From NCBI GenBank assembly GCA_000004985.1, contig GG738893.1: a stretch of DNA of 64,000 nucleotides; one strand, given 5' to 3'. The stretch's first letter is position 1, and each line of letters starts with the position of its first letter. A program made the translations under genes and the position numbers. The stretch is from Naegleria gruberi. Its lineage: Eukaryota. Below the pieces are notes generated by a model. That model did no database searches, was not told the DNA's origin, and saw only the letters and a program-made list of their open reading frames with translations. Positions 10,331-22,868 of this stretch are shown here, one piece after another.

Positions 10331-11970
10331 ATGTTAACACGAAACAGAACAGACTCAAATTCTTCGGATCTTTCAACAGGAAGCTATGACAGCGGATCAG
10401 CAGGCAGTGGAAAGGAAAATCTCTTCAAACAAATGTATGCGTAAGTGTCTCCCAATATTACATATATATGTATTATTAATTTGTTGAAACAAAATCAAAA
10501 ACTTCGGAAAATCCTTACGATACATACAAATATCATCAAAATATTTATTATAATATGTGATGAATAATATATTAAAATAGTCAACGTGATTCCATTTCTT
10601 TAAAATCTGGCAAATTAGTAAAACAAGGTAAAACAGTGAAAAATTGGAAGGAACGTTTTTTCATGTTGAGAAGAGATGGACTCTACTATCATGAATTGAC
10701 TACAAAGGGACAAGCAGGAAAGCTGAAAGGTAAAATTTCATTTAAGGAAATCAAGGGAAATCCAACTTGTATTCAGAAAGTAACGGTTACTGTTAAAAAC
10801 AAACAGAGATCAGCAATTTCTATTGAACTTCCTGAACGTGTGTATTTTGTCTATTCTGAATCTGAAATTGAATTCAACGATTGGTACAAATCAATAATTC
10901 AGGTCTTGTCAATGAAGGATGAAGAACCAGCATCAAGATTGACTCCACGTACAGGAACACCAAATACTCCAACAAGTGGGACAATTACACAAGATATTTT
11001 CAATACAAAACCAGCAGCATCACCAAGTGGTGGAAGTGGAACTTTTGGAACACCTCCATTGAGAAGTTTTGATTTGAAGAAAGCTTCACCATCATCAGCT
11101 TCACCTCTTGATTATGGTTCATCACCAATGGATTTCAAACGTACTAATAGTAATTTATCGGATGTGACGACAAGTGATGATTCTGACACAAGCTCCTATC
11201 AAAAATCATTACATGGTGACTTGTTATCGGAATTTGATGAATTTGGTGCCGCAAGAAACAGTGATGCAGAGAGTGTTGATTTTGAACAGCAACCACAACA
11301 AAATGTTGGACCAATCTTGACTGAAGATGATGAGTACAATATTGCAATGAGTGCTGTTGAAATTTTCCTCAAGAAGGAAGAAGAACGAACACCACACGAG
11401 CAAGCATACATTATTGCTCTCAATGATTACAGAAGAAGGTTGGATGAACATGCAAGGAGAGCGAATGCTCGTCCAGAATATTCACTCGCTGTTGGAACTT
11501 GTATATTTTTAACACCAGAAAAGGATAGAACTATCTCAGAACAGGAATATGTTAAGGATGTATTGTCTGCTTTCTTTGAGGATCAAAAAGAATCTGATAA
11601 GAGTAGATTGCTACCTCTCAAGATTCAAATGGATATTGTAAAGGCAGCTAAATTACTCAAAGAAAAACCAGAAAATCAAAGAACAGAAGAAGAGAAGCAA
11701 TATATTTCAAGAGTTGAGGAAATACAGAGACAACTCAATAGATTCTCTCTCAAGAATGGTTTGAAAATCAATCACTCTCTTTCCACACTCCCTCTCCAAT
11801 TACTAACAACAGAGAAAACCAAAGAACCACCTCAACATCCACTCTATCACAATTGTGCCATTAGAGAAGCTGATCCACAAGCTGCAGATGATGAAAAACC
11901 AAATTTACTCTCCGTAGAAGAGAATGATTTCCTCCAGGTCTTTATCGATCAAAACAACCTTAATTTCTAA
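10331..11970 (+). CDS. PH-domain protein, join(10331..10440,10581..11970); N-terminal PH domain, S/T/P-rich middle, helical C-terminus
   Basis: Exon 1 (MLTRNRTDSNSS...FKQMY) ends at a GTAAGT donor. A 140-nt intron ends in AAATAG. Exon 2 begins QRDSISLKSGKLVKQGKTVKNWKERFFMLRRDGLYYHE, a typical PH-domain start with the conserved Trp. The ORF-track M at 10636 is a GTG internal codon. Confidence 0.7.
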
Positions 11971-12497
11971 GTGAATGTTCCAAGAGAGATCTGTAATTTT
12001 ATAATAAAACAATTTGATTCAATTTCTACAACAGTAAATAGGATCATATGATAAATCTCACATTCTAATTGAGTCAAGCCACTCTATCACAACTCAACGT
12101 TGCGAATTGAGATACTCAATTTAATATTCTTCCTCAATGCTTTTTGATTCTTCACTGAGGAAAATTAAAATAGAACTGGGCGGTAAATGCCTTCGATTTG
12201 AGGTTCTATTTTCATTTTAAAAAAAATCTGTTGGAATATTCAGCATCCTCCCCATCAGAGAAATTTATTCAGCATTATCAGGTTGTGTTGGATTTATTAC
12301 CGACTGATATCAACAGCAAAAACAAGGTTTTGAATATAACGGATTGTGAATAATAGTATTTATTTTTGTACAGAGTCTCTCTAAGATAACTCTTTTGAAT
12401 TTGAATTGGTTGTACTTCCGAAAATTAATTGTGTGTGATGAAGAATCAATAATATAATTATTATTAATAGTACTAACAATTATTTAGAAAAAAACAA

Positions 12498-14344
12498 ATG
12501 GTAAAAAATTCATCACCTCCAACCAATGGAGAATATCAACCAACACGGATTGAATTATTTAAGCAAAATCATGATATTGCTTTTAATTTCTTGAAAAAGG
12601 GTATTGAACTTGATGAGAGCAAACAATTGGAAAAAGCCAGAGATTACTATCGTGAGGGTATGTAAAAAATTGTTGTAAAATTATTGTAACTGATGATTTT
12701 TTAGGCATTCAATCGATTCTACAAGCAGAAAGAGTTCCTCTCTCACAACAGGAAAGGTATCAAGCAAAAGCCATGTTGGATAAACTTTCAAAACACAAAA
12801 CCATGTTTTATGAGAGAGTGAAAGAAATTGATCAAATTCTTTTCAGTCAACAGCAAGCAAAACAAACTCAATTGGATAATCTCAGCAATAACAATGCAAG
12901 TGGAGGATTTTTCTCTGGGTTTATGAAAATGTTTTCACCACTCTCAACACCTCCTAACAGTTCATCCAACAATAATAGTAACACTCAACAAGCTATCTCA
13001 CAAGAAACAAGAAAATTGTGTAGTGTAAATAATAATAGACACGAGCCAATCTATAATCAATATACGACCAACAGCCAAGTGATTAGGAGCTTCCCAGCAG
13101 TTTCTTCAATTGGTCAATCTTCAACCAACATGTACAATAGTGTCAATATTTGTGATGGTATTTCTTCATCTGAGAAGAGAAGTCCAACACCACCAAGAAA
13201 TAGAAGTAATTCAAATGATAAGATTTTATTTGGCCACTATGATGCTCTTGGATCACTTCCACAAAACAACATGGGTCACTATCAACAACCACCTCAACAA
13301 TCATCTCAACAACAACAGCAACCTTTAGTTCCAAAACAAAATTCTGTAACTGCACTCAGAAATACTACCTCAGCAACATCATCAACAACAACAGCTAACA
13401 ATAAGAAACCTTCCCTTGATCAAATTCCAGAACTCAAAGGTGTTGATAGGAAACTTTTGGATCACATTTTGAATGAAGTGATTGAAACAAAAACAACTAA
13501 TTGGGATGACATTGCTGGACTTAAGGATGCCAAACAAACACTTCTTGAAACAGTAATCTTACCAAGTATAAGACCTGATCTTTTTAATGGACTGAGAGCT
13601 CCATGTAGAGGTATTTTACTTTTTGGACCACCTGGTACAGGTAAAACAATGATTGCAAGAGCATGTGCCTCTCAATGTAATGCTACTTTCTTTTCTATTA
13701 GTGCTGGGTCCTTAGTTTCGAAATATCATGGCGAAGGTGAAAAATTAGTGAGATGCTTATTTGCTGCTGCCAGATATTTGCAGCCGTCTGTGATATTTAT
13801 TGATGAAATTGATTCGATACTATCTGCACGTAGCTCTGAAGAACATGAGGCTAGTAGAAGAATGAAAACAGAGTTTATGATTCAAATGGATGGTGTTAGT
13901 AATATGAATGGGAAAGAAGATAGAGTTCTTGTAATGGGAGCTACAAACATTCCAACCGAATTGGATGAAGCTATTCTCAGAAGATTCACCAAGAGAATAT
14001 ATATACCTCTTCCTGATCATGCAGCAAGAGCATCACTCATTAAGCAACTTTCACATGGTCAAAATATGAGTTTGAGTGAAACCGATATCAACAAGATTTG
14101 TGTAGCCACTGAAGGATTTTCTGGAAGTGATCTGACAGCCCTGTGTAAAGAAACGTCAATGGTTCCTCTGAGAGAAATAAGTATGGATCAACTCATTTCT
14201 ATAGATGCACGAAAGATTAGACCAATCGTGCTCAAGGATTTCCAATCTTCTCTCGTGCATGTTAGACCTTCCACATCACAAGATACTATTAAGAAGTTAG
14301 AAAAGTGGAATGAAAGCTATGGAACTTTTGCAAAGGGTATTTAA
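12498..14344 (+). CDS. SPAST: Spastin (MIT domain + meiotic-clade AAA ATPase), join(12498..12657,12705..14344)
   Basis: Exon 1 encodes the MIT-domain start (IELFKQNHDIAFNFLKKGIELDESKQLEKARDYYREG). A 47-nt intron (GTATGT...TTTTAG) follows. The AAA module shows ILLFGPPGTGKTM, NATFFSISAGSLVSKYHGEGEKLVRCLFAAARYLQPSVIFIDEIDS and RVLVMGATNIPTELDEAILRRF, very close to metazoan spastin. Confidence 0.85.
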
Positions 14345-14431
14345 TGAGTAAACATAAACCTTCATTTGACGATTTTACTTCTTTTCCCTTACTCATTTTC
14401 TGTTGTTTAGAAATTATTGGAAGTAGATCGT

Positions 14432-15292
14432 CTATCGAGTAAATTTATACTTTGGTATTTCACCACTTTCTTCTTTCAGTTTCTTTTCGTTTTCATAGGT
14501 TTTTTGTTCTTCAAGTATTTGATGGAAGTCGTGTGTTGGTGCAAATTGTTTGGCAAGACCCAATTGAGATCTATCGAATTTATCTCTTAATTTTTTGGTA
14601 TCAACTTTACCTCCTCTTTGTTCCTCTTTCTTCTTGTCCATCAGAATTAATCTTTCTTCTGCTTGATCGTCTGATAATTCAAATCGTTCTCCAGACATTG
14701 ATTCTACTATTTCTTTGTTATTTCTATAAAATTCTTCCAATTCTTTGCTTTCTTTACTATAGATATGATAATACGTTCCAATAAAACCAAAAATCACAGC
14801 AAATATTCCAATTCTTTTCCAAAAAGTGCTATAATTTTTAATAAATCCATAAATTCAATTCATTACATACTATAATTTATAGTCGTGCAAATGTCTCTCC
14901 TCAATATCTAAAATTCTCTTTGCCTTTACAAATTCACTCGCTGTGGAAATATCATACAATTGTGACATTTTCCTTGCATAGCAAGATGGAGTCGGAAAGT
15001 GTTCTCTCCAATTAATTTGCATATCCGAGATGATCCTATCCTTTTCTTCATCCGATAAATGTCTCAGAGAATTATTATGCGTAAAAACAGTAGGATTTTT
15101 CCTTTCTGCAGATACTTCTGATGAAAGGCTATTTAATTTTCTCGAACAATCGGAATAACACATGCCACTTTTATGACCACAACTATTTAATAACACCAAA
15201 TGAGAGCAATTTAAATTTCCAATATTGATATTATTTCGCAATCCAAAATATTGCAATTTTGCTCCAAATAAGTTCCTTCTCATTCTTTGCAT
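14432..15292 (-). CDS. Hypothetical single-pass membrane protein, complement(join(14432..14828,14871..15292)); Cys-rich N-terminal part, one TM helix (IGIFAVIFGFIGTYYHIY), charged C-terminal tail
   Basis: Two minus-strand ORFs are joined in phase by a 42-nt intron (GTATGT...TTATAG) at + coordinates 14829..14870, giving ...HDYKL|YTFWKRIGIF.... No family was recognised. Confidence 0.5.
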
Positions 15293-15833
15293 TTTTTTTA
15301 ATGTTTTGGAAAATTAATTTAAATCCAACTCTCCTAACAATAATAACAAAGAAAGAGCCAACAAAGAATTCCCGATATTGTCTGGTGCTGGTATCTGAAT
15401 TTTACTTCATCACTGCCAATGTGGAATACTGTTTGTAAAGAAGATATTTTTTTCAATTATTGAATTAAATTCGATACTAAAAGCAAAACATTATGAGTGT
15501 TGTTACATTAGCAGATAATTGTCTCATATTGATAATTCCATTCAATAATCCAGATTAAACATGCTGAGACAAGGCCGATATTGAAATAGATTAAATTTGA
15601 TTTCGAAACACTAAAATGCACAAGAAATGTTTGAAATTGTTGTTCCTTCTTTTTGGAAAAAAGTTAGCAACTAAAAAAGAAATGACTACTATACTTTCAC
15701 CTCATTTTTCAAATTAAAATAAAGCTTACTGACCTAAATTAATCAAGGTGATCACGTTTTCTTTACTTCTTTGCGTAGAATAGTTGTAAACGAAACTCAA
15801 CAGACCAAAAAAAACTAAAAACACGCCCACAAG

Positions 15834-18800
15834 ATGAATTTACTTCATGCTTTCACCATCTTGTTGTTGGTTTTCACTCTCATACTCCAAATAACCAATG
15901 GACCTGTCGAATGCCAAACCATCAACACAATTGCTGGCTCGCTTCCATATGGCTATAATGGTGATAATCAAGTGGCAATAAAAGCAGAACTCTACCAACC
16001 AAAACAATTGGCTTATTACAATAACGAGGTTTATATTGCTGACAGTGCCAATCATATGATTAGAAAAATACTTTCGAATGGGACAATAGTTTCGATTGCT
16101 GGTTGGATGGGTTCACCTGGCTATAATGGTGATAATCAATTGGCTAACATGGCTAAACTCAATGCTCCAAATGGTTTGGCAATTTCTTCTGCCACAGGTC
16201 ACATCTATATCGCGGGTTAGTTGTTAATTTTTATTGGAATTTAACTTTTGCAAGATACTCAAAATTATCGAGTTAGAAAGATTGTAAATGGTGTCATTTC
16301 AACAATTTCTGGAACTGGAGTACAAGGCAGTTGTTCAGATGGAGTTCTAGCTATCAACTGTGCATTATACTCTCCATCCAATATTGCTATTCGAACTATT
16401 GAAGGAGTTGGTGATGAAATTTACATTGCCGATTCGAGTATCGTTAGGAAGATTGGAACAGATGGAAAAATCTATAGATATGCAGGTGGAGGCAATGAAA
16501 ATATTGAGTATGGCTCTGCAGTTTCAGCTCAACTTGCCTCTCCTCTCAGTGTTGGAATTTCACCCACTACAGGAGAGCTCTTCATTGGAATAGGAATCAA
16601 TTATATTATTAGAAAGGTCTTTCTGAATGGTACAATAGTTTCTGTAGCGGAGAAGGAAAGTTCTATTCAGGGTTTTGTTTCGGGTGTTACTGGAATATCA
16701 TTTTCAAATACTTCTCTCTATTACACAGAGTATCAGGCACGTGTTAAACAACTATTCCTCTCAAATGGAACATTTTCTGTTATTGGTGGAAACCTTAATG
16801 TTATGGTTACCAATTATCAAGATAACATTTTGGCAACAGATGCCACTCTATTAGGTCTGAAAGGAATTGCATTCTCTCCAGAAAAGAATGAAGTGTATAT
16901 CTCTGAATATGATTCATTCGCTACTAATGGAAGAGTGAGAAAGATTGGATCTGATGGATATATTGTAACAGTGGCAGGTAATTTGACAAGTTTGAATAGT
17001 GGATATAATGGTGATGATATTATGGCCACGGATGCAAAATTGTATAGACCTGAGGCTGTAATAGTTTCTAATAGTGGGGATGTCATAATTTCAGATACTG
17101 GTAATAGTAGAATTAGAAAGATTCTGTCTAGTGGTAAAATTGTGACCATTGTTGGACAAGGAAACTTTGGTAATACTGCAAATTATAATGGAGATGGTAT
17201 TCCTGCTATTGCTGCAAATATCAAATTTCCAAGTGCTATTTTACTTTCATCTAGCAATGAATTGTACATTGCCGATTTTGGTAATTATCGAGTTCGAAAG
17301 GTACTTGCTAACGGAACGATAACAACCATCGCAGGAACAGGTTCTAACATAGAATCTACTGCCTTAGATTTGGCCATTAATGTTGGAATTGGATCACCAA
17401 TAGGTTTAGCTATTTTTGGTGATGAGGTTTATTTCACCACAAATTCCAATAGAGTTAGAAAGATTTTGAGTAATGGAACTTTAATAGTCTATGCAGGTAC
17501 TGGAACAGTTGGCTATGATTCAAATAATGTATTGGCCGTTAATGCTAAACTAAATGCTCCAACATTCTTGGCTGTTTATCCTAATGGAGATTTGCTGATT
17601 TCAGATAGTTTCAATTATATGATTAGAAAAGTTCTGACAAATGGTACCATTATTCGAGTTGCAGGAACTGGAACATTTGGATACAATGGAGACAACATCT
17701 TGGCTATAAATGCCCAATTGGCTAATCCACAAGGAATTCATATACTTTCGAACGGTGATATTCTATTCTCAGATCAGTTCAATTATAGGGTGAGAAAAAT
17801 TCTGACCAATGGAACAATTTTAACAGTTGCTGGATCTGGAACTTTTGGATACAATGGAGAAAATTTACCAGCTTTAAGTACACAATTATATGCAGCTCAG
17901 GGCTTGGCAGTTTCACCTATCGATGGTTCGATTATTTTAGCTGACACGTCAAATCACAGAATTAGGAAAATATTAGATTTCTGTGATTCGAATAGAACTT
18001 GTAATAATAATGGTTTCTGTAACACAACCTCTAATCAATGCGTTTGTTATTCGGGATGGATTGGGTCAACATGTTCCTCCTTTTCATGTGATGCCTTAAA
18101 CAATTGTAATGGAAATGGAAAGTGTATTGGAAATAACACTTGCCAATGTGATTTGGGATGGAGAGGAAATTCTCAATGCAGTCAATATTCATGTGAAATT
18201 TACAATAATTGTTATGGAAATGGAATGTGTGTGAAAAACAATACATGTGAGTGTTATTCTGGATGGAGAGGATCATCTGCTAATTGTTCACAGTTTTCAT
18301 GTGATGGAGTGGCAAACTGCTCAGAACATGGTATTTGTATGGGAAATAATTCATGCTCATGTCACACTGGATGGAAAAATAACCAATGCTCAGAAATTTC
18401 ATGTGACATTCTCAATAATTGTTATGGAAATGGCATTTGTAAAACGAATAATACATGTGAATGCAATTCAGGATGGAAAGGTGCCTCAAATTGCTCTCTT
18501 TTCACATGTGAAGGTGTTGGAAATTGCAGTTCTCATGGAAAATGTATTGGAAATAACACTTGCCAATGTGATTTGGGATGGAAAGGAAATTCTCAATGCA
18601 GTCAATTTTCTTGTGAGATTTACAATAATTGCAATGGAAACGGATATTGTAAAAGTAGCAATAGTTGTGAATGTAATTCTGGATGGAAAGGTTCATTAGA
18701 TTGTTCCCAATTCTCATGCGAAGGCGTCAACAATTGTTCATCTCATGGTATTTGTTATGGAGCCAATACTTGTGTATGTGAAAAGGGATGGAAAGGAAAT

Positions 18801-20102
18801 TCTCAATGTTCTCGTCCATCATGTGAAGAATTGCAGAATTGTAATGGTAATGGAAACTGCACACTCAATGGCAACTGTTCCTGTAATAGTGGCTGGGAGG
18901 GAGCTGATTGTTCCACCATTTCAAAAGTGATAGCAGCCAATGAATCCAATAATAATACTGTGACCATTGTAGTGACAGTTGTGGCTGTAGTCGTTGTTTT
19001 ATTGATTATTGCTGCCATTGTGATAATAGTCATAGCAGTTATATTGTCAAGAAAGTATGTGAAGAAACCTAGCAATGAGTCGAAGCATGAAACAATTTTG
19101 AAGAATGATTTTGAGCTCATTGATGAAAATACGAATAGCAATACCATGACGTCGATGAAACCTGTTGAAACCATCCAATCGACGTCAATGAACGAAACCT
19201 CAATAGTTTCAGATTACCCATCTGATTCATTTCTTAGCTCAACAAAAGTTTCCTCCATTGTTTCGTCATCAGCAAAACCACTCACTCCAACTAACTCTTC
19301 AAGTCAATTCTCAATGCTTAAGGATCGTTATCAGATACAGGAAGTAATTGGGCAAGGATCTTTCGGCAAATGTTTTCTTTGTTTAGATTTGAAAAAACAA
19401 AATCAACCAGTTGCTATCAAAACCATAAGTATAGGAGAGAACAAACACTCAAAGATCATTGATGAATGCTCCAAGACTATTTCTTACAAACATCCAAGAT
19501 TGGTACAAGTTTATGAATTCTTCGAATCTGAACTTCTCAATTCAATTTGCATTGTAATGAAATTTTACAATGGAGATTTGGAAACACTATTGAAAAAGCA
19601 ACAAGGATTCCTACCTGAAAGTATGATCATCAAAATGATGAAACAATTAGGTGATGGTTTGGATTATCTTCACAATGAAAAGATGATTATTCACAGAGAT
19701 ATCAAACCAAAGAATATTTTCATTGAATCATTCGATATTGAAAGAGAGGAAATCAATGTAGTTATTGGAGATTATGGAGAAGCAAAGGATCTGGGAGAAA
19801 CCAGCAATACAGTTGCAGGAACAATTATCTACATGGCTCCAGAGGTCTTTTCCAGAAAATATGATTGTAGCGCTGATATATTTTCTCTGGGAGTGACACT
19901 TGTACAAAGTATGTCAGCAAGTGGATTCGATTTCTCAGTCACGGACAAACTCATGTACGAAGCAGAGGAGAGTGTACTGCAAAGAGTGAGTGAACATTTA
20001 CTTTCCAGAAACTATTCGATTCATTTGTGTGAGTTTGTAATTTCCATGTTATCAAGAGATCCTAAAAAGAGACCTACCTGTTTAGATATTAAGAATTATT
20101 GA
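15834..20102 (+). CDS. Receptor-like protein kinase: signal peptide, about 12 NHL repeats, about 12 tenascin-type EGF-like repeats, TM helix, S/T-rich juxtamembrane region and Ser/Thr-type kinase domain; join(15834..16215,16255..20102)
   Basis: A 39-nt intron (GTTAGT...TTGCAAG) restores the NHL consensus IYIAD|TQNYRVRKI. The motifs (I/L)YIADxxNxR(I/V)RK(I/V) and CxCxxGW(K/R)GxxC recur throughout. The TM helix is VTIVVTVVAVVVVLLIIAAIVIIVIAVIL. The kinase carries GQGSFGK...VAIK, HRDIKPKN, DYG and MAPE. Confidence 0.8.
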
Positions 20103-20239
20103 AACAATTTCAAACTTGTAGTATCAATTCTTTATTTGAATTTCAAATTTGTAATATCAATTTCAAATGTTTGTCAATGTTCAACCCAAATATTCCAAAA
20201 TGCACAAGAAATTAAATTTTTTTAATTCATTACAAAAAA

Positions 20240-21012
20240 ATGTCTCCAGAATCGAAGTCGGAATTGAACCTCGTTACCATCACAGAAAATAATAGTCAAG
20301 AAGCAACAAGTTCCTCTCTTGATCAAGCATCATCTTCATCACCAACTACGACGGTGGGTGGTTATAAATTTGAAGAAAAATTTGGTGATTTATTCTCATC
20401 AGAGGATTCGATTTGTCATTGTGTGAGTGAGTGTTTATCTATGAGCAAGGGAATTGCAACCTTTTTCAAGGATAAATATGGTAGAGTGGACGAATTGAAG
20501 AAACAGAGAGCCAAGACGGGTGGTCTTGCTGTTTTGCACATTCCAGAGGAAGGAAAATATATCTAGTAAGTTTTTGAATTTATTCTTTTTTTGTAAACAT
20601 TATTGAAATATTATTCATTCATAATATTAATTTTAATAATATGCTCAATAGCTATTTGGTCACTAAGGAAAAATACTACCTGAAACCAACTTATGAAACT
20701 CTGACCTCGAGTTTGCAAGCCATGAAGAAGCATGCCCAGGAACATTCTGTAAAGAGAATTTCACTCCCATTAATTGGGTGTGGTTTGGACAGATTGTCAT
20801 GGTCTAGAGTGAGACAAATTTTGGATAACACGTTTGGAGATATGGACATGACATTAACACTTTACAAAATTGAAAGCAATAACGACAACAATTCAACAAG
20901 CTCACGTGGTAGAAGTAACAACAGTAGCAATAACAGAAGAGGTAGAGGTGGTGGATCAAGTCAAAAACGTTCTGGAAATTACAACTCTGGAAACAATAAG
21001 AGAGTGAAATAA
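20240..21012 (+). CDS. OARD1: OARD1/TARG1-like macro domain protein (O-acetyl-ADP-ribose deacetylase / Glu-ADP-ribose hydrolase type), join(20240..20565,20652..21012), with RGG-like low-complexity C-terminus
   Basis: An 86-nt intron (GTAAGT...CAATAG) joins ...LHIPEEGKYI|YYLVTKEKYYLKPTYETLTSSLQAMKKH...ISLPLIGCGLDRLSWSRVRQIL. This aligns closely with human OARD1 ([22 protein letters not shown]...MPRIGCGLDRLQWENV). Confidence 0.8.
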
Positions 21013-21179
21013 TTTGTGGACTGTTGAATTATGTAAATATAAATTGATTTCACAATTAGTGCTATCTGATTAATATATTAGAATTTATTAAAAACTCTAA
21101 CTTACGCAACTAATGGGATTGATTTGGTGCAGTAAATGTCAAAATCATTTGCTCTTTCGAAAATATTATTCTCTAAAAA

Positions 21180-21746
21180 ATGTCATTAAATCAAGTTGCT
21201 ATTTCTACCATCACGGACCAAATACGAAATATTTCTTCAACACTTTATCAAGATCTTTGTAATTTTCTTCCTACACTAAAGGAAACTAAACAATTAGATT
21301 CTAAAAATCTAACACTCTTGAATATTCTTCACATTTTTCCATATACAATTATTTCCTTGATTTTTCCTTTCATCATTAGATACTTCTTGGTTGGAAATTC
21401 AGGTATTGATAGCCTTGATTCTTTTTCTAATGGATTTATTCGAATGTCGGGAGCTTTTAGTTTCGGATTATTATTAATGTTATTTAATCATAGAAAATAT
21501 ATTGATTTTGCAGAAAATAATCAACAAGCATCGTCATCACCAACTTTCTCCGGAGAAAGGAAAAGCATCTTCCTCATGATGACTTTCTATTTTGCCTATT
21601 TATTAATTTCTTCAGTGATTAATTTACTTTTTAATTTTGGATTTTTCAAGTTGCTCTTTTCAATTCTCAAGATTTGTTGGTATTTTGTAATGATGTTCCA
21701 CAATGCTACTCAATCCTCAATACTCACCTCAAAGAAGGAAAATTAA
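21180..21746 (+). CDS. Hypothetical multi-pass membrane protein (about 4 TM helices), 188 aa
   Basis: Single ORF with hydrophobic segments (IISLIFPFIIRYFLV, AFSFGLLLMLF, IFLMMTFYFAYLLISSVINLLF, LLFSILKICWYFVMMF). No homolog was recognised. Confidence 0.4.
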   Translation: MSLNQVAISTITDQIRNISSTLYQDLCNFLPTLKETKQLDSKNLTLLNILHIFPYTIISLIFPFIIRYFLVGNSGIDSLDSFSNGFIRMSGAFSFGLLLMLFNHRKYIDFAENNQQASSSPTFSGERKSIFLMMTFYFAYLLISSVINLLFNFGFFKLLFSILKICWYFVMMFHNATQSSILTSKKEN

Positions 21747-21966
21747 TAACAATAACAATAACCTATATACACGGCCGTGGCGGCAATTTTTGATGAATTA
21801 TTTTGTAAATTAAATAACCTTAATGTATAATAATAATAATTTTTATTAGTAAATTTATTAAACATTAACTTTGTAAAGTATTTAAATAATTATTATTAAA
21901 GCCTGATCGTGATGATGATGAACTTTGCTCTTTTAATAAATTTAATATTTAAATAATTTTAAAAAA

Positions 21967-22821
21967 ATGCAATCATCTTCCGATTCTCATCCCATCATTA
22001 AAATTATAAAAATCATTCATGGGAGTGAGATTAGACGTTTTTACTTTTCTCCGAGTAGAATCAATACATTGCAACAATTACATGAAAAGATTAGGGAAAT
22101 ATTTGGATTGGCTAGTGATTTTAGAATTATTTTGGTATTTGGAGCAAACAAGGTCATCTCTTCCGATGATTCTCTGTTGTATTTGATAGAGAGTGCTATG
22201 GCTGATCAAAGTGATTTGATATTTAAATTGGTGGATAAGGAACCTGTGGTGGAGAATGTTGCGCTCTCTGTTGAGGATTTCATATCAAAGGTTCAGACAA
22301 TGACCAAGCAGTTGAATATTAATGATAAGGGCATTCTCCTCAACAAGTGTCTGAATTATTTGGAAATTGAATTGAATAATGCAAAGGCAATTGTACCCAC
22401 TGCTGCAGTGGAGAATACAGGGAATACTCTTGTGGAGACTCCTACTGAAAAGACAAAATATGGACAGAAGTTGGCTAAATTTATGGGTGATGTCACAATA
22501 CCTGATCAAACTGTTATCAAGCCATCTACTAAATTTGTAAAAACATGGAAATTTAAGAATTGTGGAAATAGACCTCTTCCAAAGAATAGTAGGCTCATGT
22601 TCTTGAAAGGAAACAAGCGAGTGAATCATTTCAATAGTCCTCCTTTTGTGGAATTGGGAAATACAGAAAATCAAATCAACCCAGGTGATGAGTTTGTTGT
22701 TTCAATAGAATTACAGACCCCAGAAACCGAAGGTGTATTATCATCCTATTTCAGAATGGCAGATGAAAATAGTGAACCATTTGGGCAAAAGGTTTGGGTT
22801 TGTGTGAATGTTGTCAAATAA
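21967..22821 (+). CDS. NBR1-like protein: N-terminal PB1 domain plus C-terminal NBR1 FW (four-tryptophan) domain, without ZZ or UBA
   Basis: PB1-like start IIKIIKIIHGSEIRRFYFSPS...IFKLV. The C-terminus DVTIPDQTVIKPSTKFVKTWKFKNCGNRPLPKNSRLMFL...NPGDEFVVSIELQTPETEGVLSSYFRMADENSEPFGQKVWVCVNVV matches the NBR1 FW domain pattern. The stop lies 47 bp from the stop of the convergent NRK gene. Confidence 0.65.
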   Translation: MQSSSDSHPIIKIIKIIHGSEIRRFYFSPSRINTLQQLHEKIREIFGLASDFRIILVFGANKVISSDDSLLYLIESAMADQSDLIFKLVDKEPVVENVALSVEDFISKVQTMTKQLNINDKGILLNKCLNYLEIELNNAKAIVPTAAVENTGNTLVETPTEKTKYGQKLAKFMGDVTIPDQTVIKPSTKFVKTWKFKNCGNRPLPKNSRLMFLKGNKRVNHFNSPPFVELGNTENQINPGDEFVVSIELQTPETEGVLSSYFRMADENSEPFGQKVWVCVNVVK

Positions 22822-22868
22822 TCAAAAATTAGATTAAGATTACATGAAAATCAAAGATGTTTGGACCT

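Noticed and set aside
18031-18717. Cluster of small ORFs on both strands inside the EGF-repeat region
   Set aside because: They are a by-product of the Cys-codon-rich (TGT/TGC), internally duplicated EGF-encoding sequence. The + frame encoding CxCxxGWxG repeats is the real one.
20566-20651. Reading 20240..20566 and 20641..21012 as separate small ORFs
   Set aside because: An 86-nt GTAAGT...AG intron joins them. It recreates the contiguous OARD1 macro-domain core (GKYIYYLVTKE... aligning to human [11 protein letters not shown]...).
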